From NCBI GenBank assembly GCA_050015455.1, contig JBEKBJ010000003.1, positions 36,202 through 100,201 of the forward strand: 64,000 nt of DNA, in the 5' to 3' direction. The position numbers and the translations under genes are program-made. A model generated the notes under the pieces. It was not told where the DNA came from. It saw nothing but the letters and a program-made list of their open reading frames with translations, and ran no database searches. The stretch is from Candidatus Binatia bacterium (lineage in GTDB: Bacteria; Desulfobacterota; Binatia; HRBIN30). Below, piece after piece: positions 1-9,470 of this stretch (positions are counted from its first letter, which is position 1; every line of letters begins with the position of its first letter).

Positions 1-1356
1 GAGGACGCGGTGCGCAACGAGACGCATCCCGAGGCGCGGGTCGCGTGTATCGGGCCGGCCGGCGAGAATCGGGCGCGGGTCGCCTGTGTGATGAACGACA
101 AGGGGCGGGCCGCCGGCCGCTCCGGCGTGGGCGCGGTGATGGGCGCCAAGAACCTCAAGGCTGTGGCCGTGTACGGCAGCAAGGGGCTGCGCGTGTCGAA
201 CCCGCAGGAGTTCCTGCACATCGCCAGGATTGCGGTTGATGCGGTGACCAAGTCATCGGCCGAATCTAACCTGACGCTGCTCGGTACCGCCGCGACCGTC
301 GACGCGATGAACGAGATCGGCATGCTTCCGACCTACAACTTCCAGAAGGGGATCTTCGTGCACGCCGCCGCCGTCAATGGCGAGCGTGTGCGCAACGACT
401 TCATGACGCGCAACCGCGGCTGCCACAGCTGCACCATCGCCTGCGGGCGCGTCACCAAGATCACCGGCCACGGCCCGCTCGACGGCCACGGCGAAGGGCC
501 GGAGTATGAGACCATCTTCGGCTTGGGCAGCGACTGCGGCGTCGGAGATCTCGCCGCCATCATCAAGGCTAACTACCTGCGCAACGAGCTGGGGATGGAC
601 ACGATCGAGGCGGGCGCCACCATCGCTACCGCCATGGAACTGGCGCAGCGAGGGTATCTCCCCGAGGCCGACATCGGCTTCCCCTTGAAGTTCGGCGACG
701 CCGAAGCGCTGCTCGCATTGACCGAGGCCATGGCCTGCCGCAAAGGCTTCGGCGACGCGTTGGCGGAAGGCGGCTACCGGGTGGCCGCGAAGTATGGGCA
801 CCCCGACTTGTTCATGGGCTCGAAGAAGCAGGCGTTTGCAGCGTACGATCCGCGCGGCTCGGTGGGCATGGGGCTCGGCTACGCCACCTCGAATCGGGGC
901 GCCTGCCATCTGCGCGGCTACATGGTGTCGCTGGAGCGCTCCGGGGATCCGGTGAAACTCGATCCGTTTACGCCCAAGGAGAAGGGTATGCATCTGTCCA
1001 TCCTCCAGAACTCCACCGCCTTCGCCGATGCCAGCGGCCTGTGCTTGTTCTCCACGACGATGATGGGCGACCAGATGGTTGCCGATTTGGTCGGCCACGC
1101 GCTCGACATGAAAATCGACGAACGTGACGTGCAGCGTATTGGCGAGCGCATTTGGAATATCGAGCGGCTGTACAACAACCGGGCGGGCTTCACCCGCAAG
1201 GATGACAGCCTCCCGCCGCGCATGCTCGAAGAGCCGCTCAGCGAAGGGGCGGCAGGCGGCCATGTCGTCCTGCTCGAAGACTACTACCAGTACCGCGGCT
1301 GGGACCACGAGGGGCGGCCGACGCCGCAGAAGCTGGCGGAGCTGGGGCTGGCGTAA
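1..1356 (+). CDS. Aldehyde:ferredoxin oxidoreductase (tungsten-type AOR family), 5'-truncated by window edge
   Basis: The ORF runs to the window start. The GAKNLKAVAV motif, the Cys-containing RGCHSCTIACGR segment and the overall AOR domain 2/3 pattern are present. Confidence 0.8.
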   Translation, partial: EDAVRNETHPEARVACIGPAGENRARVACVMNDKGRAAGRSGVGAVMGAKNLKAVAVYGSKGLRVSNPQEFLHIARIAVDAVTKSSAESNLTLLGTAATVDAMNEIGMLPTYNFQKGIFVHAAAVNGERVRNDFMTRNRGCHSCTIACGRVTKITGHGPLDGHGEGPEYETIFGLGSDCGVGDLAAIIKANYLRNELGMDTIEAGATIATAMELAQRGYLPEADIGFPLKFGDAEALLALTEAMACRKGFGDALAEGGYRVAAKYGHPDLFMGSKKQAFAAYDPRGSVGMGLGYATSNRGACHLRGYMVSLERSGDPVKLDPFTPKEKGMHLSILQNSTAFADASGLCLFSTTMMGDQMVADLVGHALDMKIDERDVQRIGERIWNIERLYNNRAGFTRKDDSLPPRMLEEPLSEGAAGGHVVLLEDYYQYRGWDHEGRPTPQKLAELGLA

Positions 1357-1366
1357 GCAGTACAGG

Positions 1367-2455
1367 TTACCGGGCCAGCAGGCGGGAGGGGTTGTCGACG
1401 GTCAGCCGTTGGATGTCTTCGCGCGCGATGCCGACCCGCTCCAGCGTCGGCACCACAAAGCTGCACAGGCGGCCGTAGCCCTCTCCGCCGTAGCGGCGCA
1501 GCAGAAGCTTCATGAAGGTGTCGGTGCCGAGCACGAGCTGCGCCGCGTAACCCGCCCGCAACAGCGCTACGAGCCCGGCCAGACGTTCCCAGTCTGCCAT
1601 CGCCGCGATCCCCATAGGCTCCGCGTCCCAGTAGTGTCCAAAGGTGTCGATCGACAAATTCAGACCACGCTCGAGCAACCGCATGGCTGTATCGACGTTG
1701 ATACGCGCGGCGTCCGGTTCAAGGATCAACCGCGTCAGGTCGCGGGTGACGAACTTCATGTCGTTGTGGGCAATGACCGTCCGGTCGAACGGCATGCCCT
1801 CGCTCTCCAGGATATCGGCGATCTTCGCTCCCGCCTCCGGTCCCAGCAGTATTCCCTGGTGCACCGTGAGTGAAAGGCCGGTCTCGTGGGCAACCCGAGC
1901 CGCGGCTCGCAGAGCATTCACCTCCGGCTCGCAGAAATCCTCCTCGATCGCCACCTTGACGTGGCCAGGCAAGACGCCGGTTCCGTCGAGCCCGTCGCGG
2001 ATCTCTTGGCGCATGTACGCGACCATGTCGTCGATGCGCATGCCAAGGAACCGCTCAGGCCAGGAGTCGCGCGAGTACAAACCCGTCGTGGCAATGATGT
2101 GCACCCCGCTGGCTTGCGACACGCGGCGCAACGCCAGCGGATCGAGCCGCAGTCCAGGCGTGCTCATGTCGACCACGGCGCTCCCGCCCACTGCTTTGAA
2201 GTCGGCCAGCTCCGCCGCCATGAGCGCCTCGTCGCGCATGACGAAGGCATCTCGGCTCATGATGAAGCCGTGTTTGAGTATGCCGAGGTTGTCTAGCCGG
2301 ATCGGTTCATCCAGCTGCACCGGCGGGTTGCTCGGGACAAAAGCCTCGAAGCGCCGGCGGAAGCAGCTGCCGTCATACAGGGTGTGCTCGTGCATCGAGG
2401 TGAAGCCGAGTTGCTCCGGGGTGATCGGTCCGCGGACGGTCATGATTTCAGCCAT
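1367..2455 (-). CDS. Phosphotriesterase-family metal-dependent hydrolase (PTE/Php-like)
   Basis: SMHEHT metal-binding motif near the N-terminus and a TIM-barrel amidohydrolase-like pattern. The start is set at MAEIM, which is preceded by GAGGAG; the longer ORF upstream is Arg-rich and lacks an RBS. Confidence 0.7.
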   Translation of the reverse strand: MAEIMTVRGPITPEQLGFTSMHEHTLYDGSCFRRRFEAFVPSNPPVQLDEPIRLDNLGILKHGFIMSRDAFVMRDEALMAAELADFKAVGGSAVVDMSTPGLRLDPLALRRVSQASGVHIIATTGLYSRDSWPERFLGMRIDDMVAYMRQEIRDGLDGTGVLPGHVKVAIEEDFCEPEVNALRAAARVAHETGLSLTVHQGILLGPEAGAKIADILESEGMPFDRTVIAHNDMKFVTRDLTRLILEPDAARINVDTAMRLLERGLNLSIDTFGHYWDAEPMGIAAMADWERLAGLVALLRAGYAAQLVLGTDTFMKLLLRRYGGEGYGRLCSFVVPTLERVGIAREDIQRLTVDNPSRLLAR

Positions 2456-2643
2456 CGTGCTTGCTCCTCTTCGCTCTGCGCGGCATTGCCTCTTCGGTTC
2501 GCGCGAGATCGCATACAAGAGGAGCGGTGTTCTCGTCAAAACGAACGCGGTCCCTTGGTTTCAGCGCCGCCTGTGTAAGTCAGGGACGCCGCTTCCCGCC
2601 TTGAGTCGGCACACCTCATTCGCTGGCTTCAACTGATCACACA

Positions 2644-3203
2644 ATGGAAACTCCGAAGCGCCAGCCGACACGTGCCGTGCGGGTGGGGCAAGTACAGATC
2701 GGTGCCGGCGCGCTGGTCGCGGTGCAGAGTATGTGCACCACCAAGACACGCGACTTCTGCCCCGCCTGCGCCTGGAGTTGGACCGCCTCATCGCCGGCCG
2801 CTGCGTAGGTGCAAGCGAACAGGCGACTTGACGGACGGCCAGCTATTGCGGCATGACCTTTGACGCCATGGCTTTCGCATCCAGAGCGTTTCCCAAGATG
2901 ATGCTCGGATTCGTCGTGCGCCGGTGCACCGTCGACATGGGCCATCAACCTTCGCCCGAAGAGTTTGCGGTGTGGGCCAACGACTACAAGCATGGCACCG
3001 GGATCTATCGCCTGTTCGGCCGCCCGATAACGGTGGACGAAGCGCGCCTGATCCTGCGGCACAGGTCGCGGATCGTGACCGCCCGCAGTGCCGCCCCGCA
3101 CGAACGTATACTCCCCGAGGTGGGCGTCGCGAGCGGCAACGGAACCGCCGTCGTGGTCTCGTTCTCCGAGGCCATGGCGCGCTTGAAAGCGCGGGCTAAG
3201 TGA
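2644..3203 (+). pseudogene. ispG: Decayed ispG (HMBPP synthase) remnant: recognisable N-terminus, internal loss/frameshift, degenerate C-terminus
   Basis: METPKRQPTRAVRVGQVQIGAGALVAVQSMCTTKTRD matches the canonical IspG N-terminus ([28 protein letters not shown]). Translation stops after about 54 aa. The downstream 116-aa ORF (2853-3203) aligns weakly to the IspG C-terminus (VGVASGNG vs GVTGGN; EAMARLKARA vs QLEARIRAKA). The three [4Fe-4S] Cys ligands are absent and the locus spans 560 bp where about 1.1 kb is expected. Confidence 0.5.
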
Positions 3204-3289
3204 AGCTGTCAGGATTCAGCAATCAGCCTGTGACGGCGTGGTTGACGTTCTCGCTTGCCGGCTGATGGCCGCGCGCTGATCGCTCTGTC

Positions 3290-5614
3290 ATGCGTCCCCG
3301 CGACCTTGCCGCATTAGAATTCGATCGCGTTCGCAACCGGCTGGCGGACTTCGCCTGCTCGTCGGCGGGGAAGGAAGCGTGTTGCGCCCTGGCACCGAAG
3401 AGTGAACGGAGCGCGGCCGAAAACGCGCTCGAGGCCGTCTGGCAGTGCTTCCGCTTGCTCGAGGAGCAGGGAACCATCCCGTTGTCGGAGTTCCCCGACA
3501 TCCGCTTCTCCTTGCGCACGGCGGCACGCGAAAGCTCTGTCCTCGATGGCAAGTCGCTGGTCGAAGTCCGGACGGTGCTCGCGGCAGTTGAGGAAATGCG
3601 GGCATTTTTGAGGAAGCAGGCAAAATCGTTTCCCGCGCTGGCGGAGCTGCCGGACCAGCTCGTGCCGTTGCCCGAACTGCACCACACGCTGACGCTTGCC
3701 CTCGACGAGAACGGCGTTGTGAGCGACGACGCCAGCGATGAGCTGGCGGAGGTGCGGCGCACGATTCGCCAACTGCGGGCGAAGCTCACGCGCCGGCTGG
3801 AAGATCTGCTGACGCAGCCGACGATGGCCGAGATGCTCGGTGATCGCTTCGTGACCCTGCGCAACAACCGCTTCGTGCTCCCGATTAAGACCGCCATGGC
3901 CAGGCAGTTTGATGGCGTGGTGCAGGACCGCTCGGCTTCCGGCGAGACCACGTTCATCGAGCCGTTGTTCGCGGTCGAGCTGAATAACCACCTGCTTATG
4001 GCCAGCAAGGAAGAGGAATGGCTGGTGCGGCGGATCCTCGGCGACCTCACGGCGCTGGTGCGCGCCGACCACGAGACCATTCTCGCCAGCTTCGGCGCCC
4101 TCGTCGAGATTGATGCGTTGGCGGCGCGGGCAAAGTTCGCGCAGCGCTACCGGTGCACGCAGCCGCACTTCGATGGGGAATTGGTGCTCGAACAGGCGCG
4201 CCACCCGCTGCTGCTGTTCGGCGACCGCGAGGTCACGCCCATCAACCTGCGCATCCCGAACGGCAAGCAAGTGCTGGTGATCACCGGCCCGAACACCGGG
4301 GGCAAGACCGTCGCGCTGAAGACGTTGGGGCTCATGGCGCTCATGGCACAGAGCGGCATGCTGATCCCTGCCGCCGAGGGCGCCCGCCTACCGTGCTTCC
4401 GGGCGATCTATGCTGACATCGGCGACGAGCAGAACCTCGAGCGCAGCCTCTCGACGTTCTCGGCGCACGTGGCGAATCTGACCGAGATCATCGAAGCGTG
4501 CGAGGCCCCGGCGCTGGTGCTGCTCGATGAGCCCGGGGTGGGCACGGATCCGGAGGACGGCGCGGCGCTCGGCATCGGCATGATCCAGATCCTCGAGGAC
4601 ACTGGAGCTCATGTCGCTCTCAGCACCCATTACGCGCCGCTGAAGCTGTTCGCGCTCAGCCATGACGCCTGCATCACGGCGGCGGTCGATTTCGATGTCG
4701 AAGCCATGCTGCCACGCTATCGGCTACGCTATCACTCGATCGGGGAAAGCTTGGCGCTGCCGATTGCGCGCCGGCTCGGCATGCCCGCCGCCGTTCTCGA
4801 CGCCGCCGGCGCCGCACGCACCGAGCAGGCGAAGGCGCTGGCCGCCGCCGTGGCCGCGCTCGAAGCCAACCGCCGCCGCTACGAAGAACGCCTCAGCGAA
4901 GTCGAGGAACGAGCCCGGAGCGCGGCAGGGGCACAAGAGGAAGTCAAGCATTTGTTGGAGGAGCTACGCGAAAAACGCCGCCGCCGTTGGGCGGACGAAC
5001 TGCACGCCGCCCGCGACTTCGTACGCACGCTGCGTGAGCAAGGCCGCGAACTGCTTGCCGCTGTGGAGCGCGGCGTCGCTGATCGGCAAGCATTCAATCG
5101 ATGGCTCCGGCAGCAAGAAGCGGAAATCGGCGCGCGTGAGGCGGAGTTTGCCGCCCAGTTACTCCCAATGTCCGCGCCGCCGCGAATCGGCGATCAGGTT
5201 CAGGTCGGCGACACCGGCATCCGTGGCCAGCTGCTGTCGGTGGACGGGGAGCGTGCCCGCATCCAGCGTGGCAACCTGCGCTTCGAAGTGCCGGCGGCGC
5301 AGCTGCACCGCATCGGCGAGACGGCACCAGCGGCAACGGAAGTGCACGTTGCCGCCGCACCGGAGGACACGCCGCAAGAGATCACGTTGTTGGGGCTACG
5401 GGCCAAAGAGGCCGTCGCTGAACTCGAACAATTCCTGGACCGAGCGGCACAGGCGCGTCACCCGTCGGTGCGCATCATCCACGGCGTCGGCAGTGGTGCA
5501 CTGAAGCGCGCCGTGCAGGACTACCTGTCAACGTCGCCGTACTGCACAGCTTTTCGCGCCGGCGAGCCGCGCGAAGGTGGCGCCGGAGTCACGGTCGCCG
5601 AGATTGCGTGCTGA
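3290..5614 (+). CDS. mutS2: Endonuclease MutS2 (MutS ATPase domain plus C-terminal Smr domain)
   Basis: Walker A TGPNTGGKT, the MutS domain V pattern and a C-terminal Smr domain (RIIHGVGSGALKRAVQDYL). Confidence 0.9.
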   Translation: MRPRDLAALEFDRVRNRLADFACSSAGKEACCALAPKSERSAAENALEAVWQCFRLLEEQGTIPLSEFPDIRFSLRTAARESSVLDGKSLVEVRTVLAAVEEMRAFLRKQAKSFPALAELPDQLVPLPELHHTLTLALDENGVVSDDASDELAEVRRTIRQLRAKLTRRLEDLLTQPTMAEMLGDRFVTLRNNRFVLPIKTAMARQFDGVVQDRSASGETTFIEPLFAVELNNHLLMASKEEEWLVRRILGDLTALVRADHETILASFGALVEIDALAARAKFAQRYRCTQPHFDGELVLEQARHPLLLFGDREVTPINLRIPNGKQVLVITGPNTGGKTVALKTLGLMALMAQSGMLIPAAEGARLPCFRAIYADIGDEQNLERSLSTFSAHVANLTEIIEACEAPALVLLDEPGVGTDPEDGAALGIGMIQILEDTGAHVALSTHYAPLKLFALSHDACITAAVDFDVEAMLPRYRLRYHSIGESLALPIARRLGMPAAVLDAAGAARTEQAKALAAAVAALEANRRRYEERLSEVEERARSAAGAQEEVKHLLEELREKRRRRWADELHAARDFVRTLREQGRELLAAVERGVADRQAFNRWLRQQEAEIGAREAEFAAQLLPMSAPPRIGDQVQVGDTGIRGQLLSVDGERARIQRGNLRFEVPAAQLHRIGETAPAATEVHVAAAPEDTPQEITLLGLRAKEAVAELEQFLDRAAQARHPSVRIIHGVGSGALKRAVQDYLSTSPYCTAFRAGEPREGGAGVTVAEIAC

Positions 5615-5623
5615 CGCAGGGAC

Positions 5624-6808
5624 TCAGCTCCCGCGCGGCAGCCCCAGCACTTGCATGGCGATGATCCCGCGCATGATCTCCGAGGTCCCGGAGGCGATGC
5701 TGGCCGCGGGCGCCTGCAAGAACGTGCGCTGCAGCCACTGCTCCGGATTGAAGTGCTCGCTGCCGGGATCGGGGGTGTCGTAGAGCAGGCCCGATGGTCC
5801 CAGGATCGACATGCCGATACGCGGCATCGCCTGGGTGAGCTCGGTCCAGTGCAGTTTAATGATCGAGGCCTCCGGGCCGGGCATACCCCAGCGCAGCAAC
5901 TTGTCGAGCGTACGCTGGCAGGTGTGCCGAAAGGTTTCGACACCCAGGTAGATGTCAGCCAGCGCCTGGCGCATCAGGGGGTCGCGGCTCGCGCCGCGCT
6001 CGCGCGCCAGCCGGAGGAGCTGATCGCGTCCGCGGGCCAAGAGGATCTGCATCTCGACCACGTACAGGATGCCGCGCTCGTTCTGCAATGCGGCGGTGGC
6101 AATCTGCCAACCGTTGTGCAGCTCGCCTAGGAGGTTTTCACGCGGCACCCGGACATCCTCGAAAAAGACCTCGCTGAATTCCGCCTGGCCGCCGATCTGC
6201 CGTAGCGGTCTGACCGTGATTCCCGGGCTCTTCATATCGACGAGCAGGCAGGAGATACCATTGCGCCGTTTCGACTCGGGGTCGGTACGGCACAGGACCA
6301 TGCACCAGTTGGCGTGCTGCGCCAGGGTGGTCCAAACCTTTTGGCCATCCATGACGAAGGAGTCGCCCTCCAGAATCGCCTTGGTGCGCAGGGACGCCAG
6401 ATCCGACCCGGCGCTGGGCTCGGAAAAGCCGAAGCACCAGAGATCTTCCGCCGTCAGGATGCGGCGCAAGAAGCGTTGCTTTTGCGCCTCGGTACCGTAA
6501 GCAATCAGGGACGGGCCCGCGATCCCGATCCCGAGGCTGCCAGCGACCTCGGGCGCCTGGGCGTGCGCCATCTCCTCCGTGTACGCGATCTGCTCCGGAA
6601 TCGAAGCTTCCCGTCCGCCGTATTCCACCGGCCAGGTGATTCCCACCCAGCGTGCCTCGGCGAGCTTCGCCTGCCAGGCACGCAGGCGCGGAATACGTTC
6701 CGCTTCGGGCAGCTTGGCGGCGTGTTCGGCCTGCAGCTCACCCGGAAGATTGGCCGCCAGCCAGCTGCGCAACTCCTTACGGAATACCTCGAGATCTTGT
6801 GTCCCCAT
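5624..6808 (-). CDS. Acyl-CoA dehydrogenase family protein
   Basis: ACAD N/M/C domain pattern over about 394 aa; convergent with mutS2. Confidence 0.75.
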   Translation of the reverse strand: MGTQDLEVFRKELRSWLAANLPGELQAEHAAKLPEAERIPRLRAWQAKLAEARWVGITWPVEYGGREASIPEQIAYTEEMAHAQAPEVAGSLGIGIAGPSLIAYGTEAQKQRFLRRILTAEDLWCFGFSEPSAGSDLASLRTKAILEGDSFVMDGQKVWTTLAQHANWCMVLCRTDPESKRRNGISCLLVDMKSPGITVRPLRQIGGQAEFSEVFFEDVRVPRENLLGELHNGWQIATAALQNERGILYVVEMQILLARGRDQLLRLARERGASRDPLMRQALADIYLGVETFRHTCQRTLDKLLRWGMPGPEASIIKLHWTELTQAMPRIGMSILGPSGLLYDTPDPGSEHFNPEQWLQRTFLQAPAASIASGTSEIMRGIIAMQVLGLPRGS

Positions 6809-6900
6809 GGCGGAGTTTTGTAAACGTCTGCTGCCCCGACGTCAATGTGCTGGCGTCACGGCGCAATTCGGTGTAATGAACCTCACCGCTGAGGTGTGAT

Positions 6901-8886
6901 GTGTCGAGCAAGCGAAGTTGGGGTTGGATCTGCGCCGTCATAGCACTGCTCGCACTCGGTCGGACAGCAACGCTGGCGCAAGTGGTTCCGATCCGCGGTG
7001 ATGCCAATTGTGACGGGCGGGTCGATGCAAGCGACATCGACGCCGTCATCGCGCTCCTGTTCGGTGAGGCCGGCGCCTGCCCGAGCGCAGAGGCCAACGC
7101 GGACGCCAACCAGGACGGTAGCGTGACTGCGGCGGACATCACCGCGGTGGAGCTGCTCCTACCGCTGGCGGGGCCGACGGGTACCCCGAGCGTAACCCCG
7201 ACGCCCTCAGAAACCCCGACCATCACGCCGAGCCCGCTGCCGAGCGTAACGCCGACCATCACACGCACCCCCGTTCCAAGCCTGACCCCAACGATCACGC
7301 GCACTCCGACTCGGACCGTGACGCCGAGCGTCACACTCACCCCGACACGCAGCTTCACTCCAACTGCGACCGCAGTCGCGACGGGTACCCCTACCGCGAC
7401 CAAGACTGCCACGTCCACCGCAACCCCGAGTAAAACCCGCACCTTCACACCGACTCGAACCTCAACTGCAACCCCCACCGCCACGTGGTCGCCTACCTTG
7501 ACGCGAACGCCAACGGTCACGCGCACACCCACGTCAACCTCCACTGTAACGCCCACTCCAACCCCATCGGCTACGCGACCGCCGACGAGCACGCCGACCC
7601 CGACCCCATCGCCAACCGTGACTCGGACCCCGTCTTCCACAGCGACGCCGTCGCCCACGCGCACCCCGTCACCGACGCCGACACCGTCGCAGACCGCGAC
7701 GGCGACCCGGACGCCTTCGAACACATCAACGCCAACGCCCACACGCACTCCGTCACTGACGCCGACACCGTCGCAGACTGCGACAGTGACTCGGACGCCT
7801 TCGAACACGTCAACGCCAACGCCCACACCCTCACCGACGAACACTTCGACGCAGACGCCGACGCACCCACCGTCAAAGGGGCCGATAGTAAACTACTTCG
7901 GCCTGACGACGGGGGATAACTCGGTGCTGACGCCGGATGACACGGACGCGGAAGGCAACCCAGTCTACACGCGTCCGATCGGCTTCGGCTTCTTCATCGT
8001 CATCGAAGCGAGGCCGGGCACGAGCGGGCTTCTGCCGCAGCCTATGTTCGAAAACAGCAATCCCTCCCAGCTGCCCGACGTCCAGATCGAAGCGAATCAG
8101 TCATTGGGAACGGGGGCGGGCCGCGGTAGCTTGGCGGTTTGCGACAACGGGCCGCCGCCGACGCCGCTCGGCGGTGTACCGGGGATCAACCCGCCAAGCT
8201 TTGACCCGACATCGCAGTTCATCGCCAATGCGCTGAACGACTTTGGCTGCCGGTTTGCCGACAACACCTCGGCCCCGTGTACAAAAGTCGACGACAGCGG
8301 GATCAACAAATACGTGATGGCGAACTCCAAAGCGCAGTATTGCACGAACACGGTCCTCGGTGCCGAGTTGGCATTCCCGCCCGGAGACACCCTGCTCACC
8401 GTCGAACTGCGCGACTACAACGCCGCAACTCAGACCCACGTCAACACCGGGTATCCTGTGAGTCTAGTGGTCCGCGTGCCGACCCCGGCACCAACCGGCA
8501 CCCCAACCGAGACCTTCCCTCCGACGCTGACGCCGACCATCACACTTACCAGAACACCCAGTACAACGCGGACCGTTACCGCCACGCCGACGATCACGTC
8601 GACCCCGCTCCCCAGTTCGACGTGGACGAATACGCCGCTACCGACGGTCACCGCGACGTTTACGCCGACGCTTGTTCCAACTGCCACTGGAACGCTCACC
8701 CCGAGTGCGACGGCGACGGCGACACCGACAGCAAGCCCGACGTCAAGCCCCAGCCCAACCCCGACACCGAGCGCAACCACGGCGCCCAGCGGGACGCCGA
8801 CAGCCACTTCGATGCCGAGCACGACCGAGACGGAAACCCCGGCAGTAGCCGATACCGCGACTGCAACTGAGACACCCGGGATCTGA
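6901..8886 (+). CDS. Secreted modular protein: signal peptide, N-terminal dockerin-like double repeat, long Thr/Pro-rich linker, central globular domain of unknown function, C-terminal TP-rich tail
   Basis: GTG start at 6901 with GAGG 5 nt upstream, followed by a hydrophobic signal peptide. GDANCDGRVDASDIDAVIALL and NADANQDGSVTAADITAVELLL fit the dockerin repeat consensus. About 260 aa of TPT/TPS low-complexity sequence follows. The central ~240 aa domain is Cys-containing with no motif I recognise. Confidence 0.7.
   Translation: MSSKRSWGWICAVIALLALGRTATLAQVVPIRGDANCDGRVDASDIDAVIALLFGEAGACPSAEANADANQDGSVTAADITAVELLLPLAGPTGTPSVTPTPSETPTITPSPLPSVTPTITRTPVPSLTPTITRTPTRTVTPSVTLTPTRSFTPTATAVATGTPTATKTATSTATPSKTRTFTPTRTSTATPTATWSPTLTRTPTVTRTPTSTSTVTPTPTPSATRPPTSTPTPTPSPTVTRTPSSTATPSPTRTPSPTPTPSQTATATRTPSNTSTPTPTRTPSLTPTPSQTATVTRTPSNTSTPTPTPSPTNTSTQTPTHPPSKGPIVNYFGLTTGDNSVLTPDDTDAEGNPVYTRPIGFGFFIVIEARPGTSGLLPQPMFENSNPSQLPDVQIEANQSLGTGAGRGSLAVCDNGPPPTPLGGVPGINPPSFDPTSQFIANALNDFGCRFADNTSAPCTKVDDSGINKYVMANSKAQYCTNTVLGAELAFPPGDTLLTVELRDYNAATQTHVNTGYPVSLVVRVPTPAPTGTPTETFPPTLTPTITLTRTPSTTRTVTATPTITSTPLPSSTWTNTPLPTVTATFTPTLVPTATGTLTPSATATATPTASPTSSPSPTPTPSATTAPSGTPTATSMPSTTETETPAVADTATATETPGI
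7666..7833 (+). repeat. Tandem direct duplication of an 84-bp unit (x2, near-identical) inside the TP-linker coding region
   Basis: ccgtcaccgacgccgacaccgtcgcagaccgcgac...cgcact is followed immediately by ccgtcactgacgccgacaccgtcgcagactgcgac...ccctc. Each unit encodes a ~28-aa [13 protein letters not shown][AV]TRTPSNTSTPTPT[RP] module. Confidence 0.8.
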
Positions 8887-8990
8887 GATCGCGGCCCCGG
8901 CGTTGGGCTACGCTCTGCATCGAAGGGGCGGGAGCAGGACTTGACCCGAACGCTCGCAACGTGCACGAGCAGGAGTAGAGGAGAACTACG

Positions 8991-9410
8991 ATGCAGTGGA
9001 CCAGCTGGATTGGTCTAGCACTTGGCGTGGTGATGGTCAGCGCCCCTAAGCTTGGGCCGCCACCTGTCATGCTCGACCTCGGCCCTGTCGTCCCGACCCC
9101 GGTACCATCGCCCAAATCGGCCGAGAAGAAGCGGCTGATCACGACGATTACCGTGCAGAATTCACCTGAGGGCGAAAGCATTGTTTCGTTCGAAGCCACC
9201 GATGTCGCCGATGAAGGCAAGGACAAGTTCCGCACCCTGGCTTCGAAGAACTACTCGCTGGCGGAGGAGAAACCCGAACTGAAGCATCTGCGTGAGCGGA
9301 TCCTTCAGGACCTGCGCGGCATAGAGCGGGAGATGCTCGATTTCGCCGAGCTTGCTGGCCCGCCCAAAGAGCGCGCGCCATTACAACCGGGCGACGCACG
9401 ACCGCATTGA
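8991..9410 (+). CDS. Hypothetical small protein with an N-terminal hydrophobic segment (possible signal/TM) and a charged C-terminal half
   Basis: GAGGAG RBS before the ATG and a 139-aa ORF lying between two convergent dockerin-protein genes. No recognisable motif. Confidence 0.45.
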   Translation: MQWTSWIGLALGVVMVSAPKLGPPPVMLDLGPVVPTPVPSPKSAEKKRLITTITVQNSPEGESIVSFEATDVADEGKDKFRTLASKNYSLAEEKPELKHLRERILQDLRGIEREMLDFAELAGPPKERAPLQPGDARPH

Positions 9411-9470
9411 TCCGGCGGAGAGCAGCAGCCGGACGTTGGGCTCGATCGTCTGTCCGGAATTGAATTGAGC

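Noticed and set aside
253-1308. 351-aa ORF on the - strand
   Set aside because: It lies entirely antisense to the well-supported AOR gene. Its Ala/Arg/Gly-rich composition is typical of GC-rich antisense frames.
6777-7844. 355-aa ORF made of GVGV/VGVTV repeats on the - strand
   Set aside because: This is the antisense translation of the TPTPT linker-coding region of the dockerin protein, not an independent gene.
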